Shown here: positions 52,901 through 64,000 of the stretch, piece by piece
How the letters are laid out: the number at the start of each line of letters is the position of its first letter
Position numbering within the stretch: position 1 is the first letter of the stretch
DNA from: Acanthaster planci
Lineage: Eukaryota
NCBI RefSeq assembly: GCF_001949145.1
Contig: NW_019091358.1
Coordinates: 2,056,240 to 2,120,239, forward strand
Length of the DNA: 64,000 nucleotides
Direction of reading: 5' to 3'
Notes under the pieces: generated by a model
Databases searched by the model: none
The model's input: the letters and a program-made list of their open reading frames with translations, nothing else
What the model was told of the DNA's origin: nothing
Program-made: the position numbers and the translations under genes

Positions 52901-53999
52901 GAATTCCGCGTAAAGCAACGTTTTATCATTCATTTTGAAGTATGTATAGAAAGGGCAGACTTTTTAAATCAGTTCAAACTGTCTACACTTTTCAAGACAA
53001 AAGCTGATGCTGTTGTGTCATTTAAGGAAGACACTGCTCCATTGTACTTTTTGAAACCAACGTTTGCTCTTTGAAAACATAGCCGAGGGAGGTTTTTGTA
53101 CAGGTTTTCTTCCAGGCACTTTCACAATAAATTTCCCAACACAAGGACATTTATGCAAGCAAAATATGACAATGTCAGAATCTGGGCCCAAATCAGTGTA
53201 ACATTGAAGTTTGCCATTTCCCCAGGATGATATAGTTTGCTCATGAATACAGATAAACTCATTAACCAATACCTTAAATACAACAAATACAGCTCATTGA
53301 TACAGGCGCATTTTTATGGTAGTATTTTAAGTACTTTAATTGTCAAAACTAAAATCCGACGTTTGACTAACAGTACTTTGGCTTGATTTTGACATTTTAT
53401 AAGAATTTTGTCCGAGAGTTTTTGATTGAAATCTAAGACATGTGAACAACGTTTTCACTCATTCACTTATTCATTTCGGCTATCACTCAGCAAACCGTAT
53501 TAAATTGAAAACAAGCATAGAATGTTAAGGGTTATGGACTGCTCTTTATTTTTACAAAATGAGACATTATTTCCACCCAATAAAGGCAAAATACTCGGGA
53601 AACGTCACAGACTTGAAAGCCAAACCTGAAAGCAGCGCTACCAAACACTGCAATTTTTCTTCCGCCTGCTGACGCATTGACTGATTGGGCTTTCTTGCCA
53701 AGACGAGTGCCTCTTCTAGGCGTGACAGTTGCGCGAGAGCAGTTTACCGTTAATAAAGGTGCAGTCCGGGAAATTGCATTAGATGGAACTGTGATATTCG
53801 AAGGGAAACAAGTAGAAACTCGCCTTCCCTGAAAAATACCGATTTGAATTTTTGACGCTTTTGTTGCTCGACGTTTTTTTATATTATAATCTTCGTGTCA
53901 TACTCAAATCTGCCAGCGTGAAAGTTTCAGCCGTTATAAAGAAAACCCATATTTGTTTGCTCTCTTTTGAGTAATGTTACCACTACACACACAGTGTTA

Positions 54000-54164
54000 A
54001 GGCCATTCCATACTTCAGGTGAATGAGAAAACGAAGTGAATTTGACGTCATGAAAAATCTACAGCGATATTTCGCTTGAGTTGAAAACGTGTTCAACTTT
54101 TACAAATAGGCAGCGCAAATATTCCTGTCCGTGTTTGCTTTAGAGGGAAAGTATGAACCAGCCT
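54000..54164. mobile_element. PIF/Harbinger-like MITE
   Basis: TTA|AGGCCATTCCATACTT ... AAGTATGAACCAGCCT|TTA, giving imperfect TIRs and a 3-bp TTA TSD. Central palindrome AGTTGAAAACGTGTTCAACT at 54079-54098. Confidence 0.7.
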
Positions 54165-57100
54165 TTAATACTGAAATGTGGATGGTATTTTTTAATCAAG
54201 TATCCGAGGAAGGATATTAGCCATAGACAAAGGAAGAACTGTTTAATCGACAAGTTGTAAACCATTTAAAGTCAGTGCCGTCATTTTTGGCTCTACCATG
54301 AAAACAGCAAAACATTGCGCCATTAAACAATGCCTCATTTCCACTCGGCACCTTTGGGGGGATTCAGGGGGCTTTCAGTGCTGGTAATGACTTCCTGGCT
54401 TCACATTGAAATCTCCGGTCGTCACAGATCATCTCGGCAGCAGTGTCGTCTTTCGTAATTTCGGGGACGGAAACCCAACACATCTTTTGCTCTAGTAGAC
54501 AGGTTCAAGTTCCGTAATAGGTACCAAGGGAATGTTTATGGTCATTCGTCAACAAGGCGATGGTAGCCTTGAAATTTTGCTACTGTAGCAAAGTATCAAA
54601 TAAATCTTTCCTTTCTTGTAACGCGGGTGTGTGACAAATACTGGCTGGAGCTGGCACTATCAATTATAATCACTGCGAACCTGAGAGCCAGAACATGGAC
54701 GTAATTTCAGAAGGATTCGTGTATATTGAAGAACCACACTCCATGAGTGTCGAGTTTTATTTTGAAGAAGCAAAATGACAAAAAAGAGTTCAAGACTGTA
54801 AATACATAGCAGGTTTTGTACAACTTAATTTATTCAGAGTTATGGCTGAATTCTCTACTAGCATGGACTGATGACAGTTACTTTTCAAATCAGCTTTTAA
54901 GCTTTGGAAGTAAAAAAAAAGAGCCGTTTGCCTACTGAAGTGGAATTCGGGTCACTCTATATTTCTCAAGGATAAATAATTACATTTTCCATTCTGTTGG
55001 AATTATTCTTAGATCGTGGCTAATGCTTGTTTCATAAAAGATGGCAACCACCGAAACTTGCTCGTTTTGTCTGTATCTAAAATTACCGTACCCTTTTTGG
55101 AAGCTCATTGAGGTAAGCTGTGCAATGTAATTGACTGCGTTGTTTTAACAGCTGTCGATTTCTATGCCCAACCAGTAGTCGAAAATGTAAAAACCATTCG
55201 GTATTAATTCAACTAGTATAGACAAGAGCATATTCTCAACAGATGCAGTTAGCGCGGAAAAAATGTGCGCTACTACCATGGCAAATGGGTGAAAATGCAG
55301 AATAAAATTACACCGAGAGTCAGGACCCTTACAACATTCATAGCGTCAAGGTAAGGACATTCATCAGTGGATATTTTACAACTGCTACGAATAGCTCGGG
55401 GACGAGAAGATGGACATGTGTATTAAAGCCTGAGTGTCAGGCTCAATCAGGGACGATTTTTATATTAGGTCGGATTCGCCTCACGGTGCATCCTGGTGTG
55501 CTTATACCGTCTCCCTCCTGGGCCTGCTGATGCACCGAGTGGTCAGCAAGCTTCGGTCAAATCAATCAATGGGTCCGTGGAGATCCAGCTAAGTGCTCAC
55601 TCCTGGCAATCCATCACCCAAACCCGTAGACTCGCTAGCACCTTAGCCTAGACCTGGATATTCATACGATATCTACATAGTTGAATGGTTGGAAAGCCGA
55701 ACATAAATCTTTCCCTGAGGCATGACTCCAACACAATAATCCTAAGCAGGTCTTACATATAAGCAGATAGGAATCAACGATAACCGTGCAATTCACAGAA
55801 AATGTACAAATTTATCCCGACAGGAGAATGAGAAATTTTCATTTACAGGTGCAGTGCGGTTTAATAAGAAACAGAATACTTCCATAAGCCTTTTTCCTAA
55901 TAGCGTTGTAAAAAATGAGTGTTCTGTTCTTTTTATCCCTTTTGTTATTAGATTCTAGTAAACGGGTCAACTCCTTCAAAGTGCCTACACTATTACACTG
56001 GTGCTCCCAGAGGACGCATTTAACCCAGTTTAAACACAACGGTAAAAAACCTGTAATTTCTTTTTGTTTCAAATTGGCATCTGTGAAAACTGTGCCCGAA
56101 GCTTAAATGCTGTTACGAATGTGAAAGACTTAGAATTCACGTTTTTCTCTGAGGGTATCTGGTTGTGCTCTTTTAATCGCCAGACGCTCGAAACGGTAAA
56201 TTAGATGAAGTCCTCGGAAAAGTTTGGAGTTTTACCGCAATTAAGCGAATAAAATGGACGAAACAGACCACAAGACGTTACAACAGGTTTGACAGGAAAG
56301 GCCACAGTGACATTTCGGCTGGACACGCAGCGTGTTCGCGACTGAATCGAGTTACGGTGCAACCTGAAGGCCGCCCGTCACCCGTATACAGCGTTCCGTG
56401 CGTGGACGGCCTGTCATTCTTGTGATTGGTGAAAAGTGGCTAAAGGGTACAAACAAGACTGCTTGTGGAGATGTTCTTCTTGTCTGGCTCCACCCACTGT
56501 GCAAATTTAGAGACCTGTGATATATAACTCTCGCCTAAGCGTGCGCCTGACTTGTTCCAGGATCGAATTTCTTCAACCACAACCGTCAATCTCTCCCTGG
56601 CAATAATCTCATACTCGCTTCATTTGCACGACTCGGAAGCCTCCATGACATACGCCGCGGTCGAATGACACCGGATTAAACTCATATTACACAGGAATTT
56701 AATGAGGCTTTGATTAAAAGTGCATCAACATTGTTTTTGTAGCTGCACTTTTTTCTGCCGAATGGCAGGCACAGACGGCCCAAAGCTAAAACAAGCCATT
56801 ATTACTCGCAGTAAATACACTCTTCAGACTCGAATTAAGCCCACGAGAAATACAGAATGCTATTAATATTTAATAATATTACCAGCAGAGGTGATCAGAA
56901 AGTGGGAAAAAATGTACGAATGTTTCATAAAAGACCTCAGGCTGGCCTCTAGGCCTATAATGGCTTATTGTCACGGTACTACAAACTATACTTAAAAGTA
57001 ATTTTGCTGAAGATGGAAATAGACGCAAATAGTTTGAAATAACAGTGCTGTTCGAGAATTATCACATGATTTTACCATTCGTTGTGCTAATATGTGTCTA

Positions 57101-57859
57101 GACATTGAGGTACCTATATATTACACGACGTAAGCTTAATTTTTTTCACTTACTGGGAAGACTCTGTTGATGGAACTTTCTGAATAATATTTCTCAGGGC
57201 TCGCAGACCTCTTTTCACAAGCGGATTGATGAGGGAGTAGGGAGGGGAAGTCTCGTTTTAGGTTCAACCTTCAACCTTTCTTCTTTCCAAAGTTCATATT
57301 ACGCCAAGCAGATTCATCTTGCCCCCATTGCTTACGTGTTTATATAGCCGTTTTCAAGAACGGAATTGACGTCGGCCATGGGTGCGCCAGGTTTTCGGGT
57401 GTCTGCAGGATTTACATTCCGTGTCCTGAACGGCAACACGATCCAAAAAGCTTCCAGATTATTTCAATTCTCTCCATAACTTTCAAAACCTTTCATGGAT
57501 TTGAAATCGCGCGATGCTACCTCAACCAAGTGATACGAGTGCCTATCATGATATCAGTATTGAACAGTGACTGAACACTGTTCATCAGTGCTGCGCAATC
57601 TCATTTTGTCTCAGCTCAGTTACGCTCACTTATGGTCATCTTTTCCACTGCAAGATAGTGATAGCACGGCCAGCCTATAGCGGGTAAGGACATGAGCACA
57701 TCCTGTATTGTGAGTTCCCGACTGGTCATAGGTCTTTTTTTCACTTTTGATATCAATATTTTTGTAGGAAAAGATTGTATCTCCCTCCCCACCTTCCGCG
57801 GCAGCTCAGGCGGCTGAATGGCTGTACACCCGGTGGACCTCGTATTCCATCAGCCAGCA

Positions 57860-58135
57860 AACAACTAACGCACAAACACAAGTAGGCTTGTTAGCTGTTC
57901 CCTGGAACTGGTCCCCCTGTGTGCGTTCTACCCTTCGGCTAGGTTGCTTTTTGACCTCAAGATGCTGGGCCCACGGGAGCCTGGTAAACGGTTGATGGTT
58001 GTCAAAGATCGCTAGCGCTGAACCTACGCATGGATTATGCGCTATTTCTGAAAGTACTGTTTCGATGTTATGGTGTGATGGTTGTTTCATGTGTCCTGTG
58101 TAGCAGTGGTGATGGTATACGCTGGCAGTGCACTT
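57860..58135 (-). mobile_element. Probable decayed RTE-like LINE 3' fragment
   Basis: ORF 57806-58249(-) contains VYHHHC...QPS..IETVLSE...VGSALAIFDNHQPFTRLPWAQHLEVKKQPSR. This resembles the RTE C-terminal pattern FHHRCL...PSIETIL...W.GH..RM.N.R.PK.LL....L.GKR..GR. Confidence 0.45.
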
Positions 58136-59873
58136 AGTCACCGCTTTAAAGTTCCCGAAAGTGATGAAACCTTTATTTTTCAATCCTTTTTTTTTTTTGG
58201 TCAGACTAAGAAATATGATTACCACAATCGTTGCTTTTACCTGAACCATTTTTTTCTACAGAAAGTCAAACTCTGTTATGTTCCGAAATGTGTGCTCCGG
58301 CGAAAAATGCAGACATTCAAACTTTTCAATCCACTTATCCTTTCAATCCCGACGCAGCGGAGTGGGTTCGAAACTCAGGTGTAGTAAATTTTTTACCAAT
58401 AGTATTAGTAAATTTCTGTCTACAGGTAAAAATGCATAAATCTCGCCCACTGTGCTGGAGCTGCACAAAACCTGCCGTCATCAGATGAAGTACCTTTCAT
58501 TGCAGTCATCTCCCCAAGCGCTGTGTGTTACTTAAAAGTGCCTACCTGTAATTTATGTGGACTCGGGAGTGTTTTATAATCGCTGTTCTTGCAACTTGAG
58601 CTGTTCCAAAGAAAGGCAAGGGAGTCATCGGGTGATGACGTCCGGTTGGAGGGTATAAAGGAGCCTTTCGCCCTGACCGATCGGCTGTCATTACAAATGA
58701 CAGATAGAAGTGTGAATTTACACCATCCTCTCGCCACTGCCGGTTTCATCGGGTTCTTAATTACCACTCCTCAGAAGGGATCTTTTACTGGCCGTAATAA
58801 GTTATCCGGCCTGCTATATTTGCAGATGGAATCTAGTAAGGTATATACAAAGACAACCAGCAAAGTTTGTACCAAGGGTGCTTTAAATATAGTTACCACA
58901 AATCTGCGGTAGTTTACTTTCAGAGTGTTTCGAAAAATGTAAACTCAACTTTATTAAAGGCGATTGCTTACCACTTCCAGTATTTCTTGAGAATTTGTGT
59001 TGACCTGGTGTTGATAAGGAGGGAGTTAAGCAATAGTCGTGAAAAATGCTAGGTCTGGCTTAACTGGATCTCAATATATCAACCTTTACACAGATGGCAT
59101 GTACAATTCTGGTTTGTCCACAGAAGCTTCGCTGCTCAAACACATGATTGAACACAATAAATACATGTGAAATGATCCACGTTTGGCTTTGAAGTGATTT
59201 CAAATCCAGAGTTTACAGCGATCATGAAGGCCCTCAAAGAATCGTCCAATAAACGAACGATGGCGAATTGAAATGCCTCCACTTCAATCAGAAGAACGTG
59301 CCTAACGCAACATGCAGTACAACACATGCACAACAGAGCACTCACATTGCAAACTAAAGGCAGCATGCATGATGAAGACAGAAACCAAAGGTAAAAAAAG
59401 TCCCGTGGAAAAGTCAGTTTTGTATATGCCATCGGAAATGGGGATATGTTTAGATACAGTTAAGCCGTACCTACTGTTTTTCAGGATTTTTGCCAAACAT
59501 CCTTCTCATCAACACCAGGTAAATAAAAATATTCTCTGGAGTTCAGAATGTGGGTAAACCATCACCTTAAACGTTGTTTATTTTTTTACCACCTTGTATT
59601 TCTCAGGATGTCCTGGAACCTCTTCGCACTAGTTAGCCATTTCTCATACATCTAGCCGTTTATATATCTCAAATACATATTTTGCTAAATGGAAAAACAA
59701 AATACAGATTTCCACAGGGGAGAAGTTTAAGAAGAGGATATGAGTACAGCTGTCCTTATTTTCAGCGCTAATTGTATTAGCTTCTGGAATATCAACCACG
59801 ACAGCGTAAGCTAATGAAAATGTAGTTTTTCTTGCTCCTTTGGTAAAAAGAAAGAGACATCGGAGTTCTTCAG

Positions 59874-60119
59874 CATGGGCGTCGGGAGGGGGGGAAGCCT
59901 AAAAGTACCCCCCCCCAAAAAAAGTAAAAATAAAAATAAAAAATAAGCGAACGTAATGAGAAAAACAGATAAAAGGGGGACGGGAATCACAAATTTGCTT
60001 GAATGAAAACGTCAAAACTGCTAATTTTCACCAGTTTTTAGCTGATGAGTGCTTTGCTCCACTGGGCAATGCCCCCCTGGAAAAAGTGGTCTTTCCAAAA
60101 TTATGCTAGCCACCCCATG
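59874..60119. mobile_element. Degenerate hAT-like MITE
   Basis: CATGGGCGTCGG...GCCACCCCATG ends with G/C runs and an A-rich interior, the same style as 41810-42020. The TSD is unclear. Confidence 0.45.
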
Positions 60120-61099
60120 TTTTTTGCAGTTCCTTTGATGTGAATAAAGCAATATTGTGAATGCAGCTCATATATCACTAAAAAATCGGACAAAATTGTA
60201 AGGTCTTCCAACTTGCATCACCATTGGTCTCATGACGCAAGTACACCTGCATCGAAATATAGTGGACGTTTAGTACTAATATCAGCAGGAGAATTTCGTT
60301 TCAATCTATAAACTTCCCCCGAAGGACCTGTAGGGGATGAAGTGAAAACATAGCTAAGGGACACTTTTGTTACTCTTGTATTTTTTTGTTTGTTTTTGTT
60401 TTTGTCTTATTTTGAGGGGGGGGGCGTGATTTGAAGTTTTAAATTGCAGACACAATCCACTACAAATGAAATTATAGACAACCGGTGGGCCAAAAATACT
60501 GCAATAAATATCATATCTCATGGAACATGCACTAAAAGGGCAAGGTAATGGATCTTCTAACGGGAAGAAGACAAGGTTTGTGACATCTTTTAAGGAGCAA
60601 CGTCAGTTTTTTAAGGCCAAGATGTTACCGAGAGAGGTAGGATCTTTATTATAGCAATTTTTCCAGACAAACCTGGAGGAATAGAACCACTCTATATAAA
60701 AACATAAATACATTTAAATATGACAATGTGAAAGAGCAATGTTAAATTTAAAAGTGCAAGATTTAATGCTTTGCAAGGTAATGCACTCATGAATACTTGT
60801 AAGTCCTTCTCCAACGCACAACCGGCGTCCAACTCTCAAGTGCCGTGAAAACTTATTGATTTATATAGCATTACACTACTTGAGAGCGTTTCCTTTCGCT
60901 TCACATTTATGTTTTGGATCTAGGTAAACGGGACATACCCAGGGGCAAATGAAGATAAAAACAAAACGCAATGTACTCCGACAGCACCCGTGGACACAAA
61001 ATGATCAAGATAAATCGAGCAGTCACGGACTCCAAGTAGCAAATTACAGCAAGGCTTGGAGATGGAGTGTCCTGAGTCGGTGGATGGAGGTACAAGTGG

Positions 61100-61381
61100 A
61101 TGGATATAGATCCTTCTCAGAAGGTTGTCACACAAGAGGTACTTTTACACCAAGAACACCTGCACAGTATTAAGTCCCTGGAGTGACTGTCCACCACTAG
61201 TCCTTTACACGAGCAACTAGATACCGTACATTCTGATAAAATAGAGCACCTTGTAACTTTCCTGTACGTTAAAGGTAATGGGGCTTCAATCCTTCCCAAA
61301 AATCCTTGGGACACGAGATAACAGTTATATCCTCTCTCTAAGTCCCACACTCCTTGGTAAATCTAGGTATCTTAAAGCTTT
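61100..61381 (-). mobile_element. Possible decayed CR1-like LINE 3' end
   Basis: Minus strand reads LRYLDLP....RER...RIFG, then VTR, LVVD and STSCVTTF. These are loosely colinear with the CR1 C-terminal motifs L..L.LP.L..RR.R.D, TRGH, RVV..WN.L and A.SVN.FK. Confidence 0.3.
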
Positions 61382-64000
61382 AACACACTGGGCGCGCAAT
61401 GAGACCCAACATTAAGGGAAGCCTGGCGTGTGTGTGTGTGATTGTACTATTCAATCTGTTTTATGTTCTTGTTATAAATAAAAAAAAATCAGCAAGAAAA
61501 CATAACAGTGCAATATAGTGTAAACTTCTGTTTAATCCATACAAAAGAGGGCTGACGGGGGTGCCTCATCCGCACTAATTGTACAAAACAGACTGGTATG
61601 ATCGAATGGCGCCAGAAAATGTTTAAACAAACGCACACATTTCCCATTCAAGAGACAGCCAATAGATATTAAAGCAAGCATTTATAATCCAACACTGTTT
61701 CCGTTCTTAATCACGACACTGAAGTCCCAAAGATAACTTGAAAAAATCGTAAGCTAATATTCTACTCTACGGCTATTTCTGCTAGACTCAACAGAGGCTT
61801 GGCGTCGAAAGATGCATATTGTTCGCCAATGCTTGACTGAAACAAACGAAATCAATCTATACTTAAAAAGAAAACTTATGAGTCGTGTACATTCGATCTT
61901 AAGAAACGTGAGGAAGGACATCCGCGTTTCATACATCTTCAAATGAAGGCAAAAGCAAATTTCCGGGAAAGGTGCTAAAATTTACCCAAATTACCCAGAC
62001 TGTTTTAAACATGAAGGATTAAAAGAAACACAAGCCACTGATTAATACCTTATTAATATTATTATTAACATTATTGGGTTATCATCTCCGTCTTATCACA
62101 GTTGCTTGTCGCAGGGGAAGAAGTTAACATGATAAAAAGAAAAGAAGGAAAAAAAATTCTCATTCCGATGTTCAGCTTTGAGGACCCGCGGCAGCAATAC
62201 TGTTTCGTGTGCGTGTGCTTCAGGCATGACTTTCGTTAGCCACCAGGCGTGTCCGTACTTACAGTTCGGTAAATCGATGTTTACTAGACTGCGTGGAATC
62301 CAAAAATCCATAACGTTGGCAATACAGCCCACTAGCCACCGCTGGACTTGAAAACAAAAGTTGTCTCACTGTGACGCTGACCGTATAAGCTGTGTAACCT
62401 TTGTTGCGTGTAAAGAATAATTAATGGAAAGCGTAGATGTGGATCTTACTCTTTGACATGTACTTCAGAGAGAGAGATTTCGTATTTTCGCATTAGTATG
62501 CCATTTATAAAGAGGATTCAGGCTGGAAATGCAATATTTTTGTTGTAGTTAATTACCTGAGAATTAAAGTGTTTGTCACTTCGTCCGAATAACCAAAATA
62601 TGACGTATGACCTCTCATCAAATCAAGCAACCTTTTTGTTGGAGGACTCATTGTCACTGGGAAATTCAACCACACCTTTTTGTTTCCTTTCCCTTCTCTC
62701 ACAAAATCCAATCCGATTGTAGCTATGCCTGGAATTAATACGGACGCTGGAACTCAAGTACATACAACCACCATTAAAATTGGCCTTTTATCAGTCATCA
62801 CTCCCTCCATTTCTTATTTGTGATGAGTTGCAGTGCCAATAAAGAAAGGCACTAAAATCAGAATATGTAGAAAAACGTACGTAGGTACAGAGCTGCACAA
62901 TCCAAAGGGTAAAAAATTAGGGCTCCTTCACACAGGAACAACCACATGAACAACCACCCCCGAAAAAGGGTTCAGGAAATGCATGCGCGCGCTGTAGCAG
63001 TGGTAAGCTTAGACGTTAGTTGCGGTCTACTCGCCGCTTGTTCACTTTGTACCAATACATCTATGATGGGCAATGCAGTAGCACTCCTGTCACTTAATAC
63101 TTTCACTTAGCTTCAGCCAACAATAGTCTCCCAGCACCTTAGAGTAATGCAGGCTCTAATGTGTCTCCTAATTTGTGGTGCGGACTATCTGAAAACTAAT
63201 GGCTGCGTCCCTGCAAATCTATATGCCCATACCCTGACAGCCAAGACAGACACAGAACTCACCTGACAGTGAGAGGTATGCTACAGCAGTGGTTGCGATC
63301 GGTGTTTCAAAACTGAACTGTTCTCACACAGTTGACGATGTCTGTTTTCGTGACTTTCCGTCGCATTATTTGCTTTGCGTTGTGGGCTATGGCTGACGGA
63401 ATTTGAAAAAGTGTACGGGTGAAAGTAAAACCTCCCTTATTCATTAATTTGCACTTTGTGAACAGGTAAATGGCCAGATACTTGATATTTTTTTTAGCCC
63501 TACAACATTGAAATACTACAAAGTCCTTATGGATTTGACACGGTTAAGGTAATAAAAAGTATCTATGTTGGGCCTCTTTATGTGGCCAAGAAATGTCAGA
63601 CTTCGTCAATTTTTTTTTTCTGACGAAGCTTGAAACTTTAAGTTCTTTGTTCTCAGTTTAATACCATGGTTTTTCCCATGTGTGTTGAAATCAGCTTCAC
63701 AATTGACTACAGAGTATGTCGTACAATGACAATATACAATACAGTTGGGGAAATGCAAAGATTGGAAAAAACAACTCTACAAGAAGCTGGGGTGTAGACT
63801 GTAATGATGAATATTACGGCCACAACTTTCAAGACAAAAATGCGTGAGCTGTGGGGGGGGACCAGGACACAAAAATACAATAACTAGGAGGAAAAGTAGA
63901 AAATTGTTGGACGTTCATTATGGATAACCAGGACACAGACTATTCGGAATTCAAGTCATCCACATTTGCATCACCCCCGCCGCACGGGTCTAATCTCACC

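Noticed and set aside
60982..60997. REST/RE1-like CAGCACC-CGT-GGACAC
   Set aside because: The spacer is wrong and the flanks match poorly.
63620..63655. Hammerhead-like core CTGACGA-AGCTT-GAAAC
   Set aside because: Helix I cannot form and helix II is nearly absent. The CTGAAGAG...GAAAC at about 16353-16381 also has the wrong spacing.
1..64000. CRISPR arrays, operons or prokaryotic defence systems
   Set aside because: There is no regular repeat-spacer array, coding density is very low, and the repeat landscape is eukaryotic.

Overview
This is AT-rich eukaryotic genomic DNA. The repeat types and the receptor family suggest a marine deuterostome invertebrate such as an echinoderm, but that is inference. 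The 64 kb is essentially a gene desert around one convincing gene, an intronless class A GPCR of the somatostatin/allatostatin-C receptor family (26512-27816, minus strand). The rest contains small non-autonomous DNA transposons, one tRNA-derived SINE, decayed non-LTR retrotransposon fragments, microsatellites and enhancer-like islands. The transposons include two copies of a palindromic MITE with 7-bp TSDs, a TA-flanked element with mirrored CGTCG/CGACG arrays, and Harbinger-like and hAT-like MITEs. The LINE fragments are RTE-like, plus a possible CR1/L2 start carrying a degenerate 2A-like NPGP motif. Almost all other ORFs in the track look like chance ORFs. I found no prokaryotic features, CRISPR array, rRNA or intact tRNA, and no strongly supported new multi-gene system. 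The best leads are the MITE family, its possible dsRNA role in a long receptor 3' UTR, and the 2A-like LINE relic. All alignments were done by eye.
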